The notes beneath the pieces were generated by a model. It was not told the origin of the DNA and ran no database searches. It saw nothing but the letters and a program-made list of their open reading frames with translations. Shown here piece by piece: positions 41,601 through 51,707 of a DNA stretch of 64,000 bases (its first letter is position 1; each line of letters begins with the position of its first letter). The DNA is taken from the IMG/VR virus record IMGVR_UViG_3300033571_020726, positions 1 to 64,000 of that record. One strand, 5' to 3'. This DNA comes from a virus. Both the position numbers and the translations under genes were made by a program.

Positions 41601-42239
41601 GACGATAATATAGTATCTTCTTCAAAAATAAAATCAGGGAGCGCATTTATACCTTATGTTATATTAGAAAATTTAAATTTTAAAAAAGATAGTTGGATAT
41701 ATGATGATTTTGATCTTATTTTAAAAATTAAAGAAATTTTTTACGATCAAAATGGCGTTGGTTTATTATCAAATCAAACAAAATTAATAAATATTATTAG
41801 AAATATGAAATTTTATAAATCAAATAATACAAATGATAATTTAACACTATATTTTGGAACATATCGTAATAATATAGAACCTTCAAAATCAAATATAAAA
41901 AAGAAATGTAGTTATAAATCATATGGTCAATATTGTTTAAACTTTGGGCAAAGATTATTTACAACATATTCTGAATCTTATGGTGAGAAAAATTTTCAAA
42001 AGAAGACAACATATGTAATTGAACAAAAATTTATCGATAATTTAACAGGTGAAGAAATAACGAATATGAGTAATATTAAAAATAGAAATAAATCAAAAAC
42101 TCTAGAATTATATGATTCAGGATATAAATCAATTAATGAAAACGGAGATATAACAAAATGGAATTATGAAGATTTTTTATCTTTAAAACACGTTGCATTT
42201 AATGATACATCTTTTAATGTTATTTATAACAATAATTAA
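38691..42239 (+). CDS. Large hypothetical virion protein
   Basis: 1182-aa ORF; P..QFGFP...KFH, I.KPFII, SPYVLMPSD.L blocks; one tip-like module near N-terminus. Confidence 0.55.
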   Translation: MARKYKKISISNDLLQPKSGNSLINIKNQICKQNIIQNKNSYVPINGEIFENSHEIKENIFNVNVINDFETTHNIQISLLNKTLLNRKYIFNFQQENTDLTINLSLTNSSIPFLDIGSYIKIVASKNIKSQKFKIFYNGNRYTEYFSFENGNIFNDIIFYWTGNEWKLTYDQNQSNLNNTFKTVWNDSDIIKNEINDMNQFVNYSTGLTNNLIGNSHVNLSSNIAFPSNIGTLNIENIKSNFNNLKKFIKKENIQNNKFISFIDKKYPKNSSIIHDENFIKGLGKFNLDSNLYEETSIEIELDNPTDVFLQHTAVIQETQISDNNDTWSTDVYPETFHKANTPFVMYNFSDQCWQYRGIHKPYIQFNDINALDIDYLTSSFNNDVVNYFNTIDVNVDDSQLITTKKRWRIFYQKYIMNHDPLTSTHTQSLRLNNKPNSQNEDVYKYQNFLSIPTQQFGFPHSSKFHGFDYNVLKINKYINKPFIIDRVEFNANVEVKGEISYIDSKKLETPFNISLNFFILNQRKKSKFSINTFKGVETKYFSNFSNGIHSLTNFNTSKFIMTNSSINQGVLTTPSSWDLYIDNKKVYQEFMFQDEYSPYIPTIDNNTGLYLSQGIDDNLFDINHTKTFKIFISNANVDNYSFDEFKTTTLNINTHDGEYTREIITYGNALFYSHFNKRWNGSSFVNISSNIKDMISKTIQNNNDLYIDTTPSQNALDNIYQDNEINTGFNYANNISIKAVVKSPKECNININNHLINNQILIPTSNPSNIKLSTSVVYSGNQYESINNSVDENAYSGTRYLERKISGRNQNDSYNNLNVDLPLSDIELRNDTVLTDLNVDYLDKMSIKIDSGVKLTNQSSPYVLMPSDNLLFCLSTSNLISSNLIKQVVKIKKGKVKFVLHGYIPKNNRMIVDYKNLKDLNTDNFSSNIIGNTFVNDNFSELFEKSELFNCYLDRIFKGDFFLNTRKLNDDNIVSSSKIKSGSAFIPYVILENLNFKKDSWIYDDFDLILKIKEIFYDQNGVGLLSNQTKLINIIRNMKFYKSNNTNDNLTLYFGTYRNNIEPSKSNIKKKCSYKSYGQYCLNFGQRLFTTYSESYGEKNFQKKTTYVIEQKFIDNLTGEEITNMSNIKNRNKSKTLELYDSGYKSINENGDITKWNYEDFLSLKHVAFNDTSFNVIYNNN

Positions 42240-42298
42240 TATATAATTTACAATATAAATTTTATATTTTAATAAATAAAATATAAAAGAAGAAGAAA

Positions 42299-43432
42299 AT
42301 GTCTGGGATATTAAATAAAAAACAAAGATTAGTAGATTTTAGTTTAACAAAAAATGGGTATAAACAAATAGAAAATGGAGATTTAAGATTTGTTTATGCC
42401 TCTTTAACAGATAAAGATATGATATATTCTAAAAAGCAAGGTGAATATAATATAGCAGATATTGAAGCATCACCTTTTTTTTTCGAAGTTTATTCAAAGT
42501 ATACAGACAATATTAATACTGAAATTGATATTAAAAATATCAGTAATTTTGCTTTAAAAACAGAATTAAATAATTCATTTATTAATTTAGTTAATAATAC
42601 AAATAGCAATATAGAATCAGGAATATTGCAAGAAGTATTTAATAAAGTGTCAAATGATGTAATGTCAAGTTTAAAAAACGAATGTATAATATTATCAGAC
42701 GATTATATTTCAAATACAAATAATGATATATCATTATTCCTATATAAAAAAAACGATGATGAAATAAATATATCATTAAACGATTTAAATATTACAAATT
42801 ATATGAATGCAGATAATTTATTTGAGATTAATATTGATAATAATTATTATACAATTCAAAATCCAATTATTAATTTTGACAGATATTCTTTATTTGAAGA
42901 TGATAGATTTATAAATAAATTAAATTATTTGTTTTTACCACCAACTAATATAAATACTAATATTGTATCTAAAAATAATAATCTATCAAATATGTATAAT
43001 ACTTTTGAAGATAAAAGAAAACCTGAAAAATTATTATATAAAAAGTTAAATAATAATCTCTTAACAAATATAAATACGACAGATATATTACAGCAATTAA
43101 AAAATTTAGAATTAGCAGCATCAAATAAAATAAATGATACATTAAATACGCAAAAAATAAGTAAAATAGAATTTAAATTTGAAAATAAACAATTCGAAAC
43201 AGAGTTTTTAATATCACTTTTCGAGCTAAATCAAAATGAATCGACATTAAATAAATTATTATTCATAAATCAAGGTGAAATATTTGATACGGGTGATAAT
43301 AAAAATAAACAAATATATTCAGTTGGTAAATTATTTAAAACTAAAATTGATTTACAAAATCTTTTAAACGATAATATTGATGATGAAATCAACTATATTT
43401 TTATAAATTTATTTACTATAGTTATAGAATAA
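42299..43432 (+). CDS. Baseplate/tail-collar-like protein, N-terminal paralog of 53554
   Basis: G.L....R.VD..LT..G...I..G......ASLTD....Y matches the 53554 N-terminus. Confidence 0.5.
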   Translation: MSGILNKKQRLVDFSLTKNGYKQIENGDLRFVYASLTDKDMIYSKKQGEYNIADIEASPFFFEVYSKYTDNINTEIDIKNISNFALKTELNNSFINLVNNTNSNIESGILQEVFNKVSNDVMSSLKNECIILSDDYISNTNNDISLFLYKKNDDEINISLNDLNITNYMNADNLFEINIDNNYYTIQNPIINFDRYSLFEDDRFINKLNYLFLPPTNINTNIVSKNNNLSNMYNTFEDKRKPEKLLYKKLNNNLLTNINTTDILQQLKNLELAASNKINDTLNTQKISKIEFKFENKQFETEFLISLFELNQNESTLNKLLFINQGEIFDTGDNKNKQIYSVGKLFKTKIDLQNLLNDNIDDEINYIFINLFTIVIE

Positions 43433-43443
43433 AAGGATTTGAT

Positions 43444-46089
43444 ATGATAAACAATAATTTAGGATCTTTATTTAAAGGTAATTTAGGAAGAACATACCAA
43501 GGAAGGCAATTTGTTTTTTATAAAAATAAACCTACAATATTTAAAACTTATATAGAAATAGATAATAATCAGGCTAAAAGATTAAATTTAAGTTATTTCA
43601 AAACAGCTACAATTTATAAAAAAAATAATAGTTATTTAAATAGCAATGATAAAAGATTCTTGATAAATGAAAATCAAATATTTGATATAAAAAATTATTT
43701 ATCAGGTAATTATGTAAATGAGAAATATAATTTATTAGATAAATCAAATAATTTTTTAGGCAGAAGTTTAAAAATATCAGAATCTTTTTCAAAAAATCAA
43801 ATCGAAAATTATACGATTAGAGATGTAAAAAATTATTTTTTTGGCGTTAATATGTATATTGATACTAAATTAGGCTTTACAATAAATAATTTACAAGAAA
43901 TTTTTTTTGAAACAAATTTTAATGTGCAAAGTAGTATTGGAGGAAATGAAGAATATAATACTATTTTAATTGTTTATGCTTTTGATAAAAATGACAATAT
44001 TATAGATATAAAAAAAATAGAAAATTTTATTCCTAAAAATGTCACATGGTTTGAAGATAAAACAACAACTACATTAAATAATTTTGATACAATTGATTTT
44101 GATACATTATTAAATTTTTCTTTTGATAATAACATTTATAATAATATAATAAGGAAAATGATTATATCTAGAACATCAATATATAATTCATTATTAAATA
44201 GTGATTTAAACCCTATAGAAAATATTACGATACAAGAAAACAATAATGATATAGAAAATCAAAATATACAATTAATAAATGATAATACTGACGTTTTTTT
44301 TAATAGCAATTTACAAAACTTACAAATTGGTGAAGAAATAAAATATAAAATTTATTTAAAAATAACAGGAAGTAATAAATTTTATATTTTAAATACATCA
44401 CATAAAATAATTAATACTGAAAATGTAGGTTTAGTATCAAATCAAAATAATTTAAATCAATATTTAAACATTGATGCTACGCATTTACATGTTCAGAATT
44501 TAATACAAATAAAGTTAAGTATGACAAATGAAGTATTGAATATACCTACATTTAATCCAACTTTTTCAGGAATATATCTTAATAATATTATAGATTCTCA
44601 AAATTTAATAAATAATATTTTATTAATAGCAACAGGAAATAATTCGAATAATTTTATTTCATTTAATGGAGAATTATTAAAAAACATTTTAATAAATTCT
44701 TCTAGAAATGTTTCAGACAATATTGAATTAATTTTTTATTTGAAAAGTAATTATAATATTATAAATAAGATTTATTTTACGTTTGAAGAAAATTTTAAAA
44801 AATATAATATCAGTGCTGATATTACTGATGTATTTGAAGATATTAAATTAAATCAATCTTTATCAATTCAAAATATAACGAAGAATACTATAAATTATTC
44901 AAACTTATATATAAACTATAATATAAAAATAAGCGATTATAAAAATTCTAATACTAATTTAAACAAATTATTATTTTTAAATTATGATTCTATTTATATC
45001 GATCAATTAAAACAAAATGCAAATGCATATAAAGAAACTTTTAATAATAATATTTTTGTAATTATAAGAAAAAAAATAAAACAATCATTAAATAATAATA
45101 ATAAAGAAAGATATTATATTTTTAATAAAGACATAATCGATAATTTAAATTTGAATTTAAATATAGAATATACAGATGATATATCATTAGATTTAAAATA
45201 TAATGATGATGAAGAATTAAATAAAATATTCGATATAAAAGATAATATTGATGAAAATTCAATAACTAATTATGAAATTTCAGCAAAAATAATGATAATA
45301 CCTTTAGATTTTTTTTCAACAACTGTTAATAAATTTCAAATAAAAGAAAAAATTAAAGAAATAATTTTATTAAATAGTCAAAGTAAATTAATACCAAGTA
45401 TGAATGATATAGAAAATATTTACAATATATTATTTAATATAAACAAAGATGTTTTTCAATCATTAAAGCAATTAGATTTATATAAGTTATTTAACAGTTT
45501 TTGTATTAAAGATAGTTTTGCAATAAATACAATTAGTTTACCAAAAATTATTACAACTGTTGTCGATAAATCTAATTTAGTATTAGAATATTCGTCTTTT
45601 TCTTTTAATTTAGACGATTTTAATTTAGATAATTCAAAAAAAGAATCTCAAATATTATTTACTGCAAATTTTAATTTAAATAGTAATTTAGATAATTTAA
45701 AAAATGTATTAAATTATTTAGGAAATATTGTAACTGATTTTTTTGAATCTTTTTATTATAAGCGTAATAATCAATATATTGATATTTTTTCATTACAAAA
45801 TATCGGTTTTACAAAAAGAGAAATAATTGAAAAAATAAATAATTCTTTTATTAAAAAATATAAATTCTCAAATACGACAATTGATATTGAGTTTTCTTTA
45901 ATATTAAAAAACGAAATAGCTACATTTTTTAGAGACTTAATTTCATTATCAATCAATGATAAAAAAAATAAAAACTTTTTAAAAAATAATTTTTATATAA
46001 AACTAAATTTTCAAAGATTTAGTATCAATAAAATAGATATATCAATCAAAAATGTAGATGATATATTTGTCAAATTTCCTTTATATTAA
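43444..46089 (+). CDS. Large Asn/Ile-rich hypothetical protein
   Basis: 881-aa ORF with aagga RBS; no recognisable motif. Confidence 0.55.
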   Translation: MINNNLGSLFKGNLGRTYQGRQFVFYKNKPTIFKTYIEIDNNQAKRLNLSYFKTATIYKKNNSYLNSNDKRFLINENQIFDIKNYLSGNYVNEKYNLLDKSNNFLGRSLKISESFSKNQIENYTIRDVKNYFFGVNMYIDTKLGFTINNLQEIFFETNFNVQSSIGGNEEYNTILIVYAFDKNDNIIDIKKIENFIPKNVTWFEDKTTTTLNNFDTIDFDTLLNFSFDNNIYNNIIRKMIISRTSIYNSLLNSDLNPIENITIQENNNDIENQNIQLINDNTDVFFNSNLQNLQIGEEIKYKIYLKITGSNKFYILNTSHKIINTENVGLVSNQNNLNQYLNIDATHLHVQNLIQIKLSMTNEVLNIPTFNPTFSGIYLNNIIDSQNLINNILLIATGNNSNNFISFNGELLKNILINSSRNVSDNIELIFYLKSNYNIINKIYFTFEENFKKYNISADITDVFEDIKLNQSLSIQNITKNTINYSNLYINYNIKISDYKNSNTNLNKLLFLNYDSIYIDQLKQNANAYKETFNNNIFVIIRKKIKQSLNNNNKERYYIFNKDIIDNLNLNLNIEYTDDISLDLKYNDDEELNKIFDIKDNIDENSITNYEISAKIMIIPLDFFSTTVNKFQIKEKIKEIILLNSQSKLIPSMNDIENIYNILFNINKDVFQSLKQLDLYKLFNSFCIKDSFAINTISLPKIITTVVDKSNLVLEYSSFSFNLDDFNLDNSKKESQILFTANFNLNSNLDNLKNVLNYLGNIVTDFFESFYYKRNNQYIDIFSLQNIGFTKREIIEKINNSFIKKYKFSNTTIDIEFSLILKNEIATFFRDLISLSINDKKNKNFLKNNFYIKLNFQRFSINKIDISIKNVDDIFVKFPLY

Positions 46090-46101
46090 ATTTTTTTTAG
46101 C

Positions 46102-46109
46102 TATAAATA
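46102..46109 (+). promoter_or_regulatory. T4-type late promoter consensus TATAAATA
   Basis: Exact match in the intergenic region upstream of the 1846-aa gene. Confidence 0.4.
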
Positions 46110-46155
46110 ATAATATAGAATTTATAAACATTAAGTTTGTAAAATAGGATTAAAT

Positions 46156-49100
46156 ATGGCTATTTTTGAATCAAGTTTAGAAAAAATAAGATTTATTAAT
46201 AAATTAAATAATAAAGATATAAAAACAAATTTAATACAAATTACAAATTATCAAAATAATATAGGTGATGAAACTTTTTTAGATATAAAATTTGAATTAG
46301 ATGTTATACATAAAGGACAATTTTCATATACAAAAAAGTTTTTAAATCAAAATACAAGCTCTCCAGCATTTACTAATATTAATAGTATAAGAAGTATCGT
46401 TAATCTTTTTAAAACGCAAAACAGTAAACATGAAAAAATATTTAATAATATAGAAAGAATAGTTTCTCAAGTATATGCAGATGACAAACTATTTTCAATC
46501 TCAACTGCAAGATTAAATAATATTTATACAGATTTTAATCAGGAATCTAAAAAATATACATTTGATTTATTGGCAAATTTTATATTATCTTACAATAATA
46601 CAACAACAATATCAACAACTAAAAGTTTTGCTAAAGATCTATTTAAAGATAATGTAAATAATGATAATGAAAATTTATTTGCATTGAAAACAAAATTTAT
46701 TGAAAATAATTTAAATTTAAATAGTCAAAACACAAATAATCAAATATTGTTTTTTTTAAAAAATTTTTTAGGTTTTAATTTTTTAAATTTAGATAATAAT
46801 CTTAAAATTTCAAATGGTAATAAACCTTTATCTTTCATGTCAATTAATACAATTAAAAATAATATTAAAAACAATGCATTTGATGATATGTCAATAAATT
46901 CATTATTATACGGGTTTATTTCAAATGAAGAATTGTCAACAAATAAATATAATTATTCTAATTTAACAAATTTTCCTTTAATTGAAGACGATATAACAAA
47001 AGAATTTATACCATTTAAATATACAAAAAATTTCAATTTATTTAATGGATCAAATATACTAGATTTTACAAAAAAATATATAACAATTTTATCAAATTCT
47101 TCTTTAAAAAATGAAAATGAAAACGAATTTATTTCAAACAGTATAGAAAGTTTTAAAAATATAAAAAATTGTATTTATTCTAATAATATAAAAGAAGATT
47201 ATAATTTTATATATACAACTAAAATTAATGAAAATTTAAAATTTGAATCAAAAGCAAATCAAAATATTTTAGCACATACATCATTATATAAAATATTTAA
47301 TCCAAATACATATGGTATAACATCATTATTGCAAAAAGATAGATCTGACATGTTACAATGTTTAAATTTAATTGCAAATAATATTAATAGTAAAAGAATT
47401 ATTTTATTAAAAAACGCAATATCTACTTCTCCTAATTTTAATAATAATTTATTTTCAAATTTAGAAGAACCTACAACTAATTTTAAGGATAAATTAACGA
47501 ATGCCTTATTATTTCATAACTCAATTAATAGTGAAGAAACAGGTATTTTAAATAATACTTTATCTATTTTTAATTATAAAAAAAATAATTTTTTTGCTAA
47601 TATATTAAAAAATAGAAATATATGTAACTATATTGTTAAAAATTTTAAAAAAATATATTTCAAAAACACTAATATTTTTAATACATTCAAAAGAATATTC
47701 TTATACAATAAAAACAAAATTAATGAATTAAATAATTTTGAATCATATTTTGTTTCAAACCTTGAAAATAATTCTATTATATCAAATATACCTGATGCTA
47801 TGAATCGATTTAAAATCAAATCAACAATTGATGTTGCTGAAATTAGAGAATATAATAACTATATTATTGGTGATCAAAATTTCGAATCAAGCAAAAATTT
47901 AAATGAAAAATTAGTAAATGAATATAATGAAAATATAAATTTTGAAAATATAAAAGATTCAATGAGACGTGAAAAAGAAGATATATCGAATATTATAAAT
48001 GAATATTATTCAGATAATTTTGAAATATTTAAGAATACTTCTACGTTTTTTTCATCTATCAAAGATATTTGTTCTCAAAATATATCTTTTTTGACAAGTA
48101 ATGATGCAAATGCAGATATATTAGATACAGCATCAATATTATGGGTATTTAATGAAAACAATACAATATATGCGCAAGATGAAAAAAATGATTTTTTAAA
48201 TAAATTAACTAAAAGTTTAATAAAATTTAATATTATTAAAAGAACAAATAATAATAACTTAAAAAATGCATTTAAAACAGAAATAAATAATATAATAACA
48301 TCAAAAAATACTAATAATAATATAATGGAATTATTTCCTTTCTTTATATTTACAACTGAACATTATAACAATAATGAGCAAAAAAATTATTTTAAAACTG
48401 AATCAGGTTTTAATTCAATTAATAATTCAGATGAACATGAAACAAGAGGTTTATTTTCACATTTTATATATAATGAAAATACTCCATTTAATATAACAAA
48501 ATTAAATAGTATAAATGATTTTAGAAAAAGCAAATTAAATTTTAATGATAGTATATTAAAAAAAATTAATATTGCAGGATGTAATTTGATTAATAATGAA
48601 AAGGTAATGTTTATTCCTGAACTTTATATTAATCAAAATAAGAATTATGAAATAAAAAATAATATTTTTATAATACTTAACACATTACCTACTGTTTATA
48701 GTTTCACAGATTATTCTTATTCAATTGTTTTAAAAGAATTAATTACAAAATATTCTTTATCAAAAACTTTTAATTTTGTTAATAATGATGTTGAAAATAA
48801 TTTGTTTTTTAATATTATATCAAAGTTTAATATTTTAATTGAAGACTTTTTACTTACACGTTTAAATATAAATACGATTAATAGTATATCTGAGTTAGAT
48901 AGTATAATAGATTCAGACAATGAAATATTAAGTATTGTCGAAAATACATTAAAAATAGCGTCAGATATTTATTGCGATATGTCTAATTCTTTACAATCTT
49001 ATGTAAATATATCGAATAGGGTTTTTCAAAGCAATGAATTAAATGCAAGAATAAATGCAGCAATAAATATAAATAATCGTAATGATCTTTCAATAGAAAA

Positions 49101-51696
49101 TAATATTTATATGCAAAAAGTAAATAGTTTTATATCAAATCAAAGATTTGATGACATAAGAGATGATGATTCTTTTTGCTTTTCAACAGCTAGGTTTTAT
49201 TATTTATTAACAAAAATTTTTGACATTGACATTAAAACATCGCAATTAATTATAAAACATGCAGGTTCTCAAAATATTAAAATAGACGAAAATACATTTA
49301 TATATGATACATTAAAAAGTATAAGAGAAAATAATAATTTTAGCGGAAATTTAAATATTATTAATAATTTTCCTGGATATAACACTTTTTTAGATTCTAA
49401 TTTTAGTTCGACACAATTCACAACATTTGCAACAATATATAATATATTTGATATATTTAATATATATAACAAAAAAATATCCGAATTAATTTCAGGAATG
49501 TCTACATTCTCAAATAAAAGAGAATATGAATTTTTATTAACATCGCCTACAATAATAAATTATATAAAAAATTTAAATGCAGCGCAAGATAGATTTCCTG
49601 CTGATTATGCTAAAAATATTAAAAAGAAAATTATACCAGATTCATCATACACTTATTTAAAAATTAGAGATAAAAAAACATTGTCTAATGAATCTAATGA
49701 AAATTTTTATCAAAATTTAGAAAACGACAATAATTATATTGATGATAAAATAGATGTTGTTATTACACCTGATATAAATAATTCTATTATTTTCGAAAAT
49801 TTGGTTAATAGTTCATTTAAATTAAATGATAAATATAAAATATATGCAGATATAACTGATATTAATCAAATTAAAAAATCAACAGGATTAAATGAATATG
49901 ATTCACATACTTATCCTAATAAATATTTAAATATACAATTACTTCAGATCGCTAATCAAAATCATCCTTTACTATATAAAAAATATATTGATATTTCACA
50001 AAATTGGTATAATCACATATATCACGGTTTAATTATAAATGACGTATCATTATCTTTAAGTTTTGATTTTTTAAATTTTTATTATAATCAATACCTAGAT
50101 TCTATAAAAATATCATACGATATTTTAGTAAATAGTCGTAAAAGATTAATTAATAATTTAAATATTGAGTCTGTTAATAATTTTTTAAAAAACAAAATAG
50201 GAAATGAACATACAAAAAAAATATTAAATTTTAATAAAAATAATCAACTATTGCAAGATTCTTATGAAAAAGCTATAATAAAATATAAATCTTCAAAAAA
50301 TATTATCGATTCAATATCAAATATTGGTTTAATTGATTCTTTTATGATTAATGAAAATGGCTTTTTAATAAGTAATTTATTTAAAAAAATAAATGATACA
50401 AATGATAATAAAGGAGATATTATTTATTCTTATTTAAATGATTTTTATATTGATGCAAAACAAAAGAAAATACAAAATAATCCTTCACTTTTTAATCAAG
50501 AAATAAATCAATTATACAATACAATATCTAAGGATTATACTGTAAATAATCAAGCAAAAGAATTATTAGGTTCTCATATACTTAGTGTAGGTATTGATCA
50601 TGATATAAAATTAAATAAAAACGATATTATTGTTATACAAGTTGAATTAATTGATCATGATTTTCCTGAAATTGTTTGGGAACCTAAGATTTTTGAATAT
50701 CATGCCTCATTTGATGATATAAGTAATGGATTCATTCAAAACTTAAATATTGATGATACTAATTTACCAATTAAAATAAAAAATAGATGGTCTATTAATA
50801 ATACTTTGAAAGATAATTTAATTAAAAATATAAATTATCAATATGATGATACTTTAAATTTAACTAACAATATATTTTCAAAAACTTATAATAATCAATC
50901 ATTTTTAAATCCAATTGAGTATATCTCTAGAGACGAAATTACAGATATAAACATATTGAAAGATAAAGTTTTTGATGATTTTATGAAAGTATTAGATACA
51001 GTAGAACTTAATAAAATTAATATTGAAATGTTAAACAGATGTAAGCATAATCAAATTACTAATTTTAAATTAAAAAAAGTTTTAAAATTAATATCAGGTA
51101 TTGATACTGATTTATTTACTAAAAATATAGATTTTAATAAAAAGTTAATATTAAAAGATGTATACGATATTTTTGTGACAAATGCATTACTAAATAATAC
51201 ATTTGAAGATTATGAAATAAAATATACAGATTTTATTAAAGCGATAGATATTACGGAAAAAATTATAGATAATTATACTTTTTATACAGGCTCATTATCA
51301 AGTGAAAACAAAATAAATATTTTTATAAAATTTTTATCTGATTTTTCAAAAGCTGTAATTGAAGATTTTTGTTTTATGACAAATGGCGATGATTTATTTC
51401 AAAAAACGTATAATATAGCAATAAATCCAAAAGATTTTATAATTTCAGGTTTTGAAGGTGAAATAAATATTACTCCTTCAAATCAAGATTTAGATTTTGA
51501 AAAAATACAGAAAGATAGATTAAATATTTTTTTAGATGAAATAGATACTGAACCTAATTTTGTTTTAAGAATGTTATCTAAATATACTATAAATCGTGAT
51601 GATATAACTTATTTTAAGGTTAAATATAAAGACACTAATAATGATTATATACCTAAAAATATATCTTATAGAATTACAACAAAAATTCTCAAATAG
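46156..51696 (+). CDS. Very large Asn/Ile/Lys-rich hypothetical protein
   Basis: 1846-aa ORF, agga RBS, TATAAATA upstream; only C-terminal ILSVGI.. and F.K..NI.INP.DF blocks look conserved. Confidence 0.55.
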   Translation: MAIFESSLEKIRFINKLNNKDIKTNLIQITNYQNNIGDETFLDIKFELDVIHKGQFSYTKKFLNQNTSSPAFTNINSIRSIVNLFKTQNSKHEKIFNNIERIVSQVYADDKLFSISTARLNNIYTDFNQESKKYTFDLLANFILSYNNTTTISTTKSFAKDLFKDNVNNDNENLFALKTKFIENNLNLNSQNTNNQILFFLKNFLGFNFLNLDNNLKISNGNKPLSFMSINTIKNNIKNNAFDDMSINSLLYGFISNEELSTNKYNYSNLTNFPLIEDDITKEFIPFKYTKNFNLFNGSNILDFTKKYITILSNSSLKNENENEFISNSIESFKNIKNCIYSNNIKEDYNFIYTTKINENLKFESKANQNILAHTSLYKIFNPNTYGITSLLQKDRSDMLQCLNLIANNINSKRIILLKNAISTSPNFNNNLFSNLEEPTTNFKDKLTNALLFHNSINSEETGILNNTLSIFNYKKNNFFANILKNRNICNYIVKNFKKIYFKNTNIFNTFKRIFLYNKNKINELNNFESYFVSNLENNSIISNIPDAMNRFKIKSTIDVAEIREYNNYIIGDQNFESSKNLNEKLVNEYNENINFENIKDSMRREKEDISNIINEYYSDNFEIFKNTSTFFSSIKDICSQNISFLTSNDANADILDTASILWVFNENNTIYAQDEKNDFLNKLTKSLIKFNIIKRTNNNNLKNAFKTEINNIITSKNTNNNIMELFPFFIFTTEHYNNNEQKNYFKTESGFNSINNSDEHETRGLFSHFIYNENTPFNITKLNSINDFRKSKLNFNDSILKKINIAGCNLINNEKVMFIPELYINQNKNYEIKNNIFIILNTLPTVYSFTDYSYSIVLKELITKYSLSKTFNFVNNDVENNLFFNIISKFNILIEDFLLTRLNINTINSISELDSIIDSDNEILSIVENTLKIASDIYCDMSNSLQSYVNISNRVFQSNELNARINAAININNRNDLSIENNIYMQKVNSFISNQRFDDIRDDDSFCFSTARFYYLLTKIFDIDIKTSQLIIKHAGSQNIKIDENTFIYDTLKSIRENNNFSGNLNIINNFPGYNTFLDSNFSSTQFTTFATIYNIFDIFNIYNKKISELISGMSTFSNKREYEFLLTSPTIINYIKNLNAAQDRFPADYAKNIKKKIIPDSSYTYLKIRDKKTLSNESNENFYQNLENDNNYIDDKIDVVITPDINNSIIFENLVNSSFKLNDKYKIYADITDINQIKKSTGLNEYDSHTYPNKYLNIQLLQIANQNHPLLYKKYIDISQNWYNHIYHGLIINDVSLSLSFDFLNFYYNQYLDSIKISYDILVNSRKRLINNLNIESVNNFLKNKIGNEHTKKILNFNKNNQLLQDSYEKAIIKYKSSKNIIDSISNIGLIDSFMINENGFLISNLFKKINDTNDNKGDIIYSYLNDFYIDAKQKKIQNNPSLFNQEINQLYNTISKDYTVNNQAKELLGSHILSVGIDHDIKLNKNDIIVIQVELIDHDFPEIVWEPKIFEYHASFDDISNGFIQNLNIDDTNLPIKIKNRWSINNTLKDNLIKNINYQYDDTLNLTNNIFSKTYNNQSFLNPIEYISRDEITDINILKDKVFDDFMKVLDTVELNKINIEMLNRCKHNQITNFKLKKVLKLISGIDTDLFTKNIDFNKKLILKDVYDIFVTNALLNNTFEDYEIKYTDFIKAIDITEKIIDNYTFYTGSLSSENKINIFIKFLSDFSKAVIEDFCFMTNGDDLFQKTYNIAINPKDFIISGFEGEINITPSNQDLDFEKIQKDRLNIFLDEIDTEPNFVLRMLSKYTINRDDITYFKVKYKDTNNDYIPKNISYRITTKILK

Positions 51697-51707
51697 AAAG
51701 AAAAAAA

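Noticed and set aside
46131-46143. 3' arm of the hairpin tttataaac/gtttgtaaa (46121-46143) as a terminator
   Set aside because: Weak AT stem with no U-tract
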